Part shown: one piece after another, positions 1-8,887 of the stretch
Layout: every line of letters starts with the position of its first letter
Position numbering within the stretch: the stretch's first letter is position 1
Assembly (NCBI GenBank): GCA_046290225.1
Contig: JBKAGE010000078.1
Coordinates: 352,001-416,000 of the forward strand
DNA: 64,000 nucleotides
DNA from: Bradymonadia bacterium
GTDB lineage: Bacteria > Myxococcota_A > Bradymonadia > UBA7976 > UBA1532
Direction: 5' to 3'
Program-made: the position numbers and the translations under genes
Notes under the pieces: model-generated
Database searches by the model: none
Told to the model about the DNA's origin: nothing
What the model saw: only the letters and a program-made list of their open reading frames with translations

Positions 1-200
1 GCACCCCCGAGCAGGTGGACGAGGCCGTGATGGCCCTCCAGAAGCTCCCCCGCGACTCCAGCGCCACCCGCGTGCGGAACCGCTGCAACCTCACCGGTCG
101 TCCCCGGGCCTACTACCGCAAGTTCGGCCTGTCCCGTATCGCCCTGCGCGAGCTCGCCCTCGCCGGCGAGATCCCCGGCGTGGTGAAGGCCAGCTGGTAA
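1..200 (+). CDS. rpsN: 30S ribosomal protein S14, long Zn-independent (C-) type; 5'-truncated by the window edge
   Basis: The frame is open from the window start ([65 protein letters not shown]). It has the classic S14 C-terminus with only one Cys. Confidence 0.97.
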   Translation, partial: TPEQVDEAVMALQKLPRDSSATRVRNRCNLTGRPRAYYRKFGLSRIALRELALAGEIPGVVKASW

Positions 201-241
201 TCAGCGCTCCCTGCGCGCCCCACTGAATTGCCCGCACTGAG

Positions 242-1642
242 TTGGCTGCCTCAAGTCGCCGCGTCGCCTACCGCGCCGCTCGCATCCTCTCCCCAGATTT
301 GCAGTGGCGCACTGATGCCCACCTTGTCGTAGAGGATGGCTGTATCGTCGGCATCATCGATGATGCCCCCCACGATACGTCAGTGGTCGATCTCGGCCCG
401 TGCGCCATCGTGCCCGGGCAAATCAACGCCCACAGCCACGCCTTCCAGCGTGGCATCCGCGGCTTGACCGAGGGGTTGCCTGACGCGTCCTCGACCCATG
501 ACGACTTCTGGACCTGGCGAACACAGATGTACCGCCTGGCCCTGAACTGTCAGCCTGAAGACGTGCGGGCCATCGCCCAGATGGCTTTTGTAGAAATGGC
601 GCTCTCGGGCATCACCGCTGTGGGTGAGTTCCACTATGTGCATCACCAGCCAGACGGCACGCCCTACGACGACGTCAACACGCTCGCCCACGCGGTCATC
701 GAGGCCGCGCGCACAGCAGGCATCCGCATCACGTTGCTGAAGGTGGCCTATGAGCGGGCGGGGCACGGTCGTGATCCGAACCCGGATCAGCGTCGCTTCT
801 ACTCTGACGTCGATGACTACATCGACTCGGTGGAAGCGCTCCACGATCGCTGGGCGGGCACTGAAGGTGTGCACGTCGGCGTCGCCCCACACAGCGTGCG
901 GGCTGTCGGTCGAGAGACCCTGAAGCGGATCGCGGAGTACGTCAACGGGCGCCCTCAGCCTGCCCATATCCACGCGTGCGAGCAGACTGCCGAACTGGAG
1001 CAGTGCGACGCTGAGTACGGGATGGGCCCGGTGCAGCTCCTCGAGGACGTGGGCTTTCTGAATCGAGGGGCCACCCTCGTACACGGCATCCACCTCGACG
1101 CAGGGGCCCTCGAGCTGCTCGAGCGCGCTCAGGCCACCGTCTGCGCATGCCCATCGACTGAGCGCAACCTCGGCGATGGCGTGGTGCCCGCCTTCGAGCT
1201 GATGTCTCGTCAGGTGCCGATCTGCCTCGGCTCCGACAGCCACACCCTCATCGACCCCTGGGCAGAGATGCGGCAAGTGGAGTACCACGAGCGCCTGCTT
1301 CGGCAACGCCGCAATGTGCTGGCTCGATTCCACCCATCGGGCCAGACGGCGCGGTCGCTGTGGCCCATGGGCACCACCCACGGCGCGCAGGCCATCGGTC
1401 AGCGTGGTGGGGCTCTCTCCCCTGGCAGCCCTGCGGACTTCGTAGCCCTCGACCTCGAGCACGTGGCCCTCGCCGGAGCCTGCTCTGGTGATCTGCTCGC
1501 CGACATCGTCTTCTCGATGCCCAATGGGGCCGTCCGCGATGTCTATGTGGGGGGCCGGGCCATCGTTCAGGGCGGCGTGCACCCCCTGGCCCGCCGCACG
1601 GTCAAGGCCTTCGCCCAGGTCATGACCGGCCTGCGAGCCTGA
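242..1642 (+). CDS. hutF: Formimidoylglutamate deiminase (amidohydrolase superfamily)
   Basis: Motifs NAHSHAFQR, EFHYVHH, APHSVRAV, HIHACEQ, CPSTERNLGDG and LGSDSH. The TTG start is uncertain. Confidence 0.88.
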   Translation: MAASSRRVAYRAARILSPDLQWRTDAHLVVEDGCIVGIIDDAPHDTSVVDLGPCAIVPGQINAHSHAFQRGIRGLTEGLPDASSTHDDFWTWRTQMYRLALNCQPEDVRAIAQMAFVEMALSGITAVGEFHYVHHQPDGTPYDDVNTLAHAVIEAARTAGIRITLLKVAYERAGHGRDPNPDQRRFYSDVDDYIDSVEALHDRWAGTEGVHVGVAPHSVRAVGRETLKRIAEYVNGRPQPAHIHACEQTAELEQCDAEYGMGPVQLLEDVGFLNRGATLVHGIHLDAGALELLERAQATVCACPSTERNLGDGVVPAFELMSRQVPICLGSDSHTLIDPWAEMRQVEYHERLLRQRRNVLARFHPSGQTARSLWPMGTTHGAQAIGQRGGALSPGSPADFVALDLEHVALAGACSGDLLADIVFSMPNGAVRDVYVGGRAIVQGGVHPLARRTVKAFAQVMTGLRA

Positions 1643-1768
1643 TCGGTACAGGCAGGCCGCCTCGAAGCCAGCACCAGTGGCCCCTGGGTCCAGAAGGTGG
1701 TACGGCTGTCTCAGTTTCAGGCTCAGCGCGCGCTTGCTTCTGGGCCCAGGTCCGACTCGGAGTTCTTG

Positions 1769-3934
1769 ATGGAGAACACGTCGCTCCCCCTGAGCGTACA
1801 GGGTGGCCTCGACTGGGTGCTCTGGCGCCTCAAGCGATACATCGCGCGCTACGGGCATCGGATGGTGCAGGCGAGCGGTACGCTCAACAACCTGTACGTG
1901 AGCCTCGACGAGGTCCGTGGGCTCACCGGGGCGGCGACCCTCGCCTCTGCAGATGCTGCGCGCCAGGGCATCGCCGGCTTGCCCAGCGTTCAGGTGGTGG
2001 ATGCCGCGATGGCCACCATGTCGAACGACTGGCTCACCGCTGATGGCCCCCTCTTCGATTTGCGGCGCCGATTCGAACTCACCGATGACGACGTGAAGCT
2101 GCTCATCGTCAGCCTGGCCCCCACCCTCTCGGTGGATCTGTCCCGGCTGTACGGCTTCGCCTGGGCAGACTTCTCGGTGAAGCAACCCACCGTGGGGTTT
2201 CTGTTGGAGCTGATCGCCGACGATCTCGCCGGCGCGTCCCGGCTCTCTGCCCGAGTGCACGGTGACGCCCCTCTGGTGAAGGGTCGCCTCATCGAGCTGT
2301 TCGACACCCAAGCCTGGGGCTCTCCCTCACCACGGCTGCATCAGGGTGTACGACTCCCGGAGTCGGTGGTGGACTTCATCTGCGCCCGCCCGCCGGCCCT
2401 GCCAAGGGGTCTCGGCGTGTTCTGTCGGCACGAGCGCGCAGAGGATGCACCTGACCCGTCGACGCCTCTGGCCCTGAGCCCGGGCCTCAGCGCGCGCTTG
2501 GGGCAGCTGGTGGCCCGTGGACTCTCGGACCAGGGCCTCCCGTTGCGCATGTTGCTCAACGGCCCCCGAGGCACGGGGCGCCGCACGTCGCTGGCCCAAT
2601 GGATGGGTCGCTATGGCTGGGGGCTCATGGTGGTCGATCTCGGCGCCTTGGCACCCCCAGAGGGCCAAACGCCGGCGGTGGACAAGCTCGCAGGTCACCT
2701 CGCCGACATCGGCCGTGAGGCGCTGCTCCATCGCTGTGGGCTGCTGTTGCGCACTGAGGACATGCCCGGTGAGAGCACGGCAGCCACTGGGGTGCTCACC
2801 GCCGTGGGCCAGGGGCTCGGCGGGTTCACGGGCCCCCTCGCCGTGAGCGCCACTCGGGCGCCCCGTGGGCTGCACAATCAGATCAGGCACCTCATCGAGC
2901 TCGACTATCACATCCCCGAGACATCGACTCAGCGCGCGCTGTGGACCGACGCTGTGCAGCGGGCGGACTGCCGCGCCGACGACACCCTCCCTGATCAGCT
3001 GGCCCGACGCTTCACCGCGCCACCAGGCACCATCTACACTGCAGTGCGAGACGCTGTCGCCCAGGCCAAACAGCAGACCCGAGAGACCCCCCGCATCACC
3101 ATCGATCAGATCGCCCTGGTGATCAGGCAGCAGGTGGATCACGCCCTCGCTGCGGTGGCGGAGCCCTTCGCCACCACCCTCACCTGGGATGACGTGGTGC
3201 TGCCGGAAGAGGTGGAGTCGGCCCTCATGGAGGTGAAGGCTCAAGCGCGGTTCCGAGAGAAGGTCTTCGATGACTGGGGCTTCCGCCGCAAGATGTCCTA
3301 CGGCCGCGGGCTGAGCTGCCTCTTCACGGGCCCCCCGGGTACCGGTAAGACCATGATGGCGGCGATCCTCGCCCAGAGCCTGGGCCGCGAGATCTATCGC
3401 GTGGATCTGTCACGGGTGGTGAGCAAGTGGATCGGTGAGACAGAGAAGAACCTGGCCCGCGTCTTCGACGAGGCAGAGAAGGCCCAGGTGATGTTGCTCT
3501 TCGACGAGGCCGACTCTCTGTTCTCGAGCCGTACGGAGGTGAAGGGGTCGAACGATCGCTTCGCCAACATGGAGATCAACTATCTATTGCAGCGCATGGA
3601 GTCGTACGACGGCATGTCGGTGCTCACAACGAACTTCGAGAAGAGCATCGACGAGGCCTTCAAGCGCCGCATCCGGTTCCGCATCCACTTCACGCTGCCC
3701 GACGCCGACGAGCGCGCCCGCCTGTGGAAGAGCATGATGCCGGAAGGCATGCAGTTGTCCGACGGCATCAAGTTCGAAGCGCTGGGGAAGAAGTTCAAGA
3801 TCGCTGGCGGCAACATCAAGAACGCGGTGTTGCGGGCGGCCTTCTTCGCTGCTGAAGGCGACGGGGTGATGACCCACGAGCGTCTGGATAAAGCGGCTGT
3901 TCTGGAGATGCGGGAGATGGGCCGGTTGATCTAG
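1769..3934 (+). CDS. AAA+ ATPase with N-terminal winged-helix-like region (Afp15/Pvc15-like family)
   Basis: Degenerate first AAA module (GPRGTGRRT) and intact second module ([32 protein letters not shown]). The ATG at 1769 follows GGAG; the ORF track starts at 1697. Confidence 0.85.
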   Translation: MENTSLPLSVQGGLDWVLWRLKRYIARYGHRMVQASGTLNNLYVSLDEVRGLTGAATLASADAARQGIAGLPSVQVVDAAMATMSNDWLTADGPLFDLRRRFELTDDDVKLLIVSLAPTLSVDLSRLYGFAWADFSVKQPTVGFLLELIADDLAGASRLSARVHGDAPLVKGRLIELFDTQAWGSPSPRLHQGVRLPESVVDFICARPPALPRGLGVFCRHERAEDAPDPSTPLALSPGLSARLGQLVARGLSDQGLPLRMLLNGPRGTGRRTSLAQWMGRYGWGLMVVDLGALAPPEGQTPAVDKLAGHLADIGREALLHRCGLLLRTEDMPGESTAATGVLTAVGQGLGGFTGPLAVSATRAPRGLHNQIRHLIELDYHIPETSTQRALWTDAVQRADCRADDTLPDQLARRFTAPPGTIYTAVRDAVAQAKQQTRETPRITIDQIALVIRQQVDHALAAVAEPFATTLTWDDVVLPEEVESALMEVKAQARFREKVFDDWGFRRKMSYGRGLSCLFTGPPGTGKTMMAAILAQSLGREIYRVDLSRVVSKWIGETEKNLARVFDEAEKAQVMLLFDEADSLFSSRTEVKGSNDRFANMEINYLLQRMESYDGMSVLTTNFEKSIDEAFKRRIRFRIHFTLPDADERARLWKSMMPEGMQLSDGIKFEALGKKFKIAGGNIKNAVLRAAFFAAEGDGVMTHERLDKAAVLEMREMGRLI

Positions 3935-3936
3935 CT

Positions 3937-3951
3937 CCGCCGCTACGGCGG
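3937..3951. terminator. Short GC hairpin between convergent genes (possible bidirectional terminator)
   Basis: CCGCCG-CTA-CGGCGG in the 20-bp gap between two stop codons; no U-tract. Confidence 0.4.
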
Positions 3952-3954
3952 TGC

Positions 3955-5043
3955 TTATGGCAAGCAGAGACCGCCGCCGCCGGCGTCCTGGCAGGTCAGA
4001 CCTTCGGGGCAACCCTCAGCCGAGCCGATGTTCTCGCAGAGCACACCACAGAAGATGTCGTTGCCACCCTGGAGGCCCAACACGCAGGCGCCCATGCCGT
4101 CGGCGCAGGGCATGCCCATCATCTCCTGGGAGCACTCAGGGGCGCAGAAGCCGGGCTGACCCTGAGCGAAGGTCAGGCAGGCAGCGCCGGCCATGCAAGC
4201 CTCCTCGGCGTTCTGGCCGCAGACGCTGTAGTTGGGCAAATCACCCGTGGGCACCTCGGCGCAGACGCCGAGGGGCGTGCCGTCGGGCAGGGTCTGGGGC
4301 TGGCCGTCGGGGCCAGCGATGCCCACGCACTGCTCAGCGTCACCGCAGAGATCAGTGCACTGGCCGGGGATGCACACCTGCAGGCAGATGTTGCTCATGC
4401 CGTCGGGGGACACACACGCACCGCCCTCACCGCAGGTCTCGGCGTCCATGCACTCGCCGCCGATGTTCATGCCCTCGGGGATCTGGGAGCAGTCCACGGG
4501 GTTGGGCATGTTGCCGCCGCCGAGGCAGGCCTGGATCTCGGCGCCACAGGCCTCCTGGAGGCACGCCTGATCCGCCTGGTCACAGCCGCTGTTCTGGAAG
4601 CAGGTGGCCACGTTGCCGAAGAGCTGCACAGCCTCGGCAGAGCTGTTGTCGACACAGTCCTGCTGGCAAGCCTCGTCGGCACACTCGCTCAAGCAGGCGT
4701 TGAGATCGGCACAGCTGGTGATGGAGTCACCACCGCCACCGCCACCGCCACCGCCGCCAGCACCGCCAGGCTCACCGCCAGCGCCAGCCTCACCACCCGC
4801 GCCACCGTTGCCGCCGACGATCATGCCGCCGCCGGCGCCAGCCTCGCCGCCACCAGCACCCGCAATGCCGCCACCAGCGCCGCCGATGGCACCACCGGCA
4901 CCCGCGGCGCCACCACCGGCACCAGCGGCGCCGCCGCCAGCGCCGCCGACGCCGCCGTCGGCGCCGTCGCTATCTTCCTCACAACCCCATGCAGCCAGGG
5001 TCAAACAGGCCAATACGGCGAGTCGCTGAGCCATTCGTGACAC
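3955..5043 (-). CDS. Gly-rich, Cys-rich lipoprotein (myxobacterial surface type)
   Basis: Signal peptide and lipobox MAQRLAVLACLTLAAWGC, GAGG repeats, then a disulfide-rich region. GTG at 5043 follows AGGAG; ATG at 5034 is an alternative start. Confidence 0.8.
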   Translation of the reverse strand: MSRMAQRLAVLACLTLAAWGCEEDSDGADGGVGGAGGGAAGAGGGAAGAGGAIGGAGGGIAGAGGGEAGAGGGMIVGGNGGAGGEAGAGGEPGGAGGGGGGGGGGDSITSCADLNACLSECADEACQQDCVDNSSAEAVQLFGNVATCFQNSGCDQADQACLQEACGAEIQACLGGGNMPNPVDCSQIPEGMNIGGECMDAETCGEGGACVSPDGMSNICLQVCIPGQCTDLCGDAEQCVGIAGPDGQPQTLPDGTPLGVCAEVPTGDLPNYSVCGQNAEEACMAGAACLTFAQGQPGFCAPECSQEMMGMPCADGMGACVLGLQGGNDIFCGVLCENIGSAEGCPEGLTCQDAGGGGLCLP

Positions 5044-5179
5044 TTCGGTGCTCCTTCTCCAGACCGGTTCCATGCCGGCACGTTGCCATCGCCAGCCAGA
5101 GTTGGTCGGAGGCGGCGAATAGCGGTACATACCTCCGAAACATGGTTCAACTCAACTTGACAGCGCCAAGGTGCAACAA

Positions 5180-5866
5180 ATGACCCTCTTCACCCCCCTG
5201 CCCCCCCTCGGGGCCATCTTCGACATGGACGGCTTGCTCATGGACAGCGAGCCTCATTGGCGGCAAGCGGAGCTCGAAGTCTTCCGCCCTCTCGGCGTGC
5301 CTCTCACCGAAGAGATGTGCCTGCAGACCATGGGCCTGCGCATCGACGAGGTGGTGCAGTACTGGCTCGATCGCCACCCTTGGGCCGATCCCGACATCCC
5401 CGCAGTGGCGGACCAGATCGTGGAGCGCCTGGTGGTGCGGATTCTCTCTGAGGGCGAAGGGCTACCTGGGGCAGTCGAGGCGGTGCGTCGCTGCAAGGCT
5501 CGGGGGCTGCGGATGGCGTTGGCCACCTCAGCGCCGAAGTCGGTGATCCCGGCCACTCTGACCGCGCTGGGCATTCAAGACGCCTTCGAGGTGCTGTGCT
5601 CTGCAGAAGATGATGCGCTGGGCAAGCCCCACCCTGCTGTCTATCTGCGGGCCGCCGAGAGCCTCAGGCTGCCTCCGCAACGCTGCCTGGCCTTCGAGGA
5701 CTCCATCAATGGCATGGTGAGCGCTCGAGCGGCGCAGACCATCGTCATCGCCGTCCCCGGGCCGGAAGGTCGAGGCCGCCCGGAGTTCAGCCTCGCAGCG
5801 CAGACGCTCCACTCGTTGGAGACTGTCGACGATGCCTGGCTCGACGCCCTCGGGGTTGGTCGATAG
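5180..5866 (+). CDS. HAD-family phosphatase (HxpB/YniC-like)
   Basis: FDMDGLLMDSEP, ALATSA, KPHPAVY, FEDSING. Confidence 0.9.
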   Translation: MTLFTPLPPLGAIFDMDGLLMDSEPHWRQAELEVFRPLGVPLTEEMCLQTMGLRIDEVVQYWLDRHPWADPDIPAVADQIVERLVVRILSEGEGLPGAVEAVRRCKARGLRMALATSAPKSVIPATLTALGIQDAFEVLCSAEDDALGKPHPAVYLRAAESLRLPPQRCLAFEDSINGMVSARAAQTIVIAVPGPEGRGRPEFSLAAQTLHSLETVDDAWLDALGVGR

Positions 5867-5869
5867 TCG

Positions 5870-6295
5870 CTACCAGGTGCCAGTGCTCTCCATCGACACC
5901 CAGGGCTCTGCCGGGGGCAGCGCCTCACCGGCTTGCAGCAGCTCTATGGAGATCTGGTCGGGCGAGCGGACAAAGGCCATCCGACCATCACGGGGCGGCC
6001 GCAGGATGGTCACACCAGCATCTCGAAGGCGGGTGCAGGTGGCATAAATGTCGTCGACGACGAAGGCGAGATGCCCGAAGTTCCGACCCCACGAGTAGGG
6101 CTCTTTCTCGTCCCAGTTGTAGGTCAGCTCGATTTGCCCATTGTCGCCCTCGGCCCCTGTCTCGAGGAACACCAGGGTGAACCTGCCCTTCTCGCTCTCT
6201 CGACGCTTCACCTCTTTGAGGCCGAGCAGCTCACAGAAAAAATGCAGGGCGGCGTCGAGGTCGTAGACCCGGACCATCGTGTGCAGAAATCGCAT
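5870..6295 (-). CDS. gloA: Lactoylglutathione lyase (glyoxalase I, VOC family)
   Basis: [32 protein letters not shown]. Confidence 0.9.
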   Translation of the reverse strand: MRFLHTMVRVYDLDAALHFFCELLGLKEVKRRESEKGRFTLVFLETGAEGDNGQIELTYNWDEKEPYSWGRNFGHLAFVVDDIYATCTRLRDAGVTILRPPRDGRMAFVRSPDQISIELLQAGEALPPAEPWVSMESTGTW

Positions 6296-6343
6296 GAAGA
6301 CCTCGTGGCGAAGCAGATCCTCGCCATCCCTGGACAGAGAAGC

Positions 6344-7324
6344 TCAGCGACCGAACTTCTGGGTCCAGTAGTGCGTGTACGGTGAGCCCGGCTCTCGGGC
6401 ATAGCCGATGCCGATCTCGGTGAAGCTGCCGTTCATCATGTTCTGGCAGTGACCGGGAGAGTCGACCCACTGCTGAAACGTCGCCGCGGCAGAGCTGTTG
6501 CCCGCAGCGATGTTCTCGCCGCCGGCCTGGCCACGGTACCCCGCGTCAGCCATGCGCTGCCAGGGCGATCGACCGTCGCGGGAGGTGTGGTCGAAATAGC
6601 CCTGTCGGCCCATGTCCTGAGAGTGCAGTTGTGCAGCGCGCCTCAGCTCGGGCTGCATCGCGACCGGCCCTGCAGGGGGGAACTGTCGACCACCACAGTT
6701 GGCCCCCTCCGCCCTGAAGGCGTTGATCATGGGGATCATGGCGTTCTCTTCAGCGATCCATTCCGCGGGCCACTCACAGTCGCCGCAGTCCAGAGGACAG
6801 GTCTCACACGTCTCGTCGGGATCACACACCGCGTCCCCGCACTCAGATGGGCACGGGCCACAGTCCGCTGAGCAGCTCTCGCATGTCTCTTCTGGCGCGC
6901 TGCAGACTTGATCACCGCAAATCGGCGGACAGCGGCCACAGTCTTGCGGGCAGGTGCCACAGGACTCCGCGTCATCGCACAGATCATCTCCACATGTGGG
7001 CCCGGGCGGTGGTGCGGCGTCTGGCTCTGCGTCGGGTGGCGCGTAGATGAATGCGTCGGGCATGCCCTCGACGGAGCCACCCATGGGTGGAGGCGGCTCG
7101 AATGATCCGCCAGCGCCTCCAGAGGGCCCACCGATGATGCCCATGTCGGCCACCACTCTGGGCGCCTTCTGGTCATCGGGCACCTGCTCCCCTGTGGGCA
7201 AATCCCAAGCGCCCCCAGAGGGCCTGGAGGCCCCTGCGCTGAGCTGCCCCTCGCCACATGCTGTGAGCGCGAGGAGAGCGAGCAAAGAGACCGTGACGCT
7301 GGATGCTCGACAGAGAATTGACAT
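6344..7324 (-). CDS. CAP (SCP) domain lipoprotein with Cys-rich CGDxxC repeats
   Basis: Lipobox LALTAC, three CGDxxC...CPxDC repeats, and CAP motifs AAQLHSQDM, YFDH, GENIA, SPGHCQN, YWTQKF. Confidence 0.88.
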   Translation of the reverse strand: MSILCRASSVTVSLLALLALTACGEGQLSAGASRPSGGAWDLPTGEQVPDDQKAPRVVADMGIIGGPSGGAGGSFEPPPPMGGSVEGMPDAFIYAPPDAEPDAAPPPGPTCGDDLCDDAESCGTCPQDCGRCPPICGDQVCSAPEETCESCSADCGPCPSECGDAVCDPDETCETCPLDCGDCEWPAEWIAEENAMIPMINAFRAEGANCGGRQFPPAGPVAMQPELRRAAQLHSQDMGRQGYFDHTSRDGRSPWQRMADAGYRGQAGGENIAAGNSSAAATFQQWVDSPGHCQNMMNGSFTEIGIGYAREPGSPYTHYWTQKFGR

Positions 7325-7621
7325 GCAGGTCCCACCTCTCTCCAAGGCCGTGTGACATTCTGGTCCAAGGTCACCTGGAGAGGCAAGTCTCTGTTCGCAG
7401 GCGTGTCGCCCCTGACGACCGGCCAACTCAAGACCCCATGTAAAAAAAGCAGACCTCGTACGACACACCCATCGAGGACGTCACATATAGGTCGATGTAA
7501 AAGTCAGGGCCCTGAGAAAGACACAGGGTGGCTGATGTTGCACACTCTTTTGAACACAGGCGGTTCCCTCGCTAGCGTGAGAGAGAGCCCCAAGAGACAC
7601 CAGAAACACCAGAGGCCAGAT

Positions 7622-8164
7622 GTGAGCCGTGGCAAACTCTATACAGGCGGTCGCCTCAACCTGAATCTGCCCATGACTGTGGTGCAGACCATGGAGCGCG
7701 TGCGCATCAAACGCGAGGGCCGCATGGGGCTGCCTTCTGCGGCGGCGGACATCTATCGCGAGGCCCTCGCCCGAGGCCTAGCACAGATGGAGGCCGAGGA
7801 AGACGCTACACGGCCGAACAACACCTCTGAGCCCAAGATGTCCAAGGCCGACGCCGACGCCGCCCGGCGACAGCTCGCGCACCCGATCCTGCTCCAAGAG
7901 ATGTCGACCGACCTCACGCCCTGGGACCAGTGGCGAGCCGCAGCGTGTAGCTGGGCAGAAGACACGTACAAAGATCGAACGATGGGCCGGCACATCGCCC
8001 TGGCCATCATCGACGCCTGGGCCGACGGCGAGAGGGAGATCGGCCCACGACACCTGCCACTCTCACTCTGGGGGGGTCGCGCCGACCGCCTACCCCGAGC
8101 CGAGCGCATTGCCGCTGCCTTGAAACAGGCTCTGCCCCCACCCACACCTCTCTTCGGGTTGTAG
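7622..8164 (+). CDS. Hypothetical protein with possible N-terminal ribbon-helix-helix DNA-binding domain
   Basis: GTG at 7622 follows GAGG. The pattern is an alternating strand RLNLNLP, a helix, then a second helix AAADIYREALARGL. The C-terminal half is unrecognised. Confidence 0.55.
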   Translation: MSRGKLYTGGRLNLNLPMTVVQTMERVRIKREGRMGLPSAAADIYREALARGLAQMEAEEDATRPNNTSEPKMSKADADAARRQLAHPILLQEMSTDLTPWDQWRAAACSWAEDTYKDRTMGRHIALAIIDAWADGEREIGPRHLPLSLWGGRADRLPRAERIAAALKQALPPPTPLFGL

Positions 8165-8301
8165 GCCACAGCACACCTCTCGACAACCCCTCCCCCCTTC
8201 GAAGATGGCTCCAAACGGGGCATGCGCCTCCACACCCAACTGCGTACAGTATCACTCTTCTGATCGGGCGCCGGCTTACGCCCAAAACAACCGTGGATGG
8301 C

Positions 8302-8321
8302 GTCACGAAATTTTTCGTGAC
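8302..8321. promoter_or_regulatory. 20-bp dyad upstream of the protease/ECF cluster (candidate operator)
   Basis: GTCACGAAA-TT-TTTCGTGAC: perfect 9-bp arms, AT-rich in a GC-rich background, 65 bp before the start at 8387. Confidence 0.55.
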
Positions 8322-8386
8322 AAAAAACCCGGCCGGCGGTCTGTGTATGGCCCCTGTGAGACTCAAACTACGGAGGCACAGACCCG

Positions 8387-8887
8387 ATGAACATGCGAAA
8401 CACCCTGCTCCCCCTCGCCCTGCTCGCTCTCTCTGCCTGTGGCGGCGCCCAGAAGCCCACCGTTCAGCCCTCGATTCAAGCGGGGCCCGAAGCGGTGAAG
8501 CCCGGTGGAGACAAGCCGGGTCAGTGGGGCTGCCCTTACTGTGCGGTGCGTGTGTGTGTCGCTGAAGACAAAATCAACGATCCCTCTGCCGAAATCGAAG
8601 ACATCCGAGTAGATCTACCCCTGTCAGAAGATTTTGCAGATCTCAAAATCGCGGAAGCGGACCTGATGATCTCTGATCCCGAGAAGGAGACCGGGTTGTC
8701 CGTAGAGGTCGATCACGAAGCCCTCTACGATGGCCCTGTCAGCTTGCCCGCCGAAGACCTGCCGCAGATGTCGGTGGGGGCGTGGAGCGATTCAGAGACG
8801 ATGGTCATGCTCACCGTGGAAGGTGACTCGGGCCCCGAGCTGGTGCAGGTGCCCGTGGAAGTCAAGGTGGAGACGTGTTCGCAGTGA
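8387..8887 (+). CDS. Small acidic lipoprotein of unknown function
   Basis: GGAGG RBS, lipobox LLALSAC, a CPYC motif; the stop overlaps the next start (GTGA). Confidence 0.8.
   Translation: MNMRNTLLPLALLALSACGGAQKPTVQPSIQAGPEAVKPGGDKPGQWGCPYCAVRVCVAEDKINDPSAEIEDIRVDLPLSEDFADLKIAEADLMISDPEKETGLSVEVDHEALYDGPVSLPAEDLPQMSVGAWSDSETMVMLTVEGDSGPELVQVPVEVKVETCSQ

Noticed and set aside
1769..3934. Complete contractile injection system or prophage locus
   Set aside because: Only the ATPase is present; there are no structural genes in the window.
7529..7542. Sigma-54-like TGGC...TTGCA
   Set aside because: The GG-to-GC spacing is two bases too short.
8143..8181. 10-bp direct repeat CACACCTCTC (8143, 8172)
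   Set aside because: Short, low-complexity and encloses only 19 bp; no support as a target-site duplication or att site.
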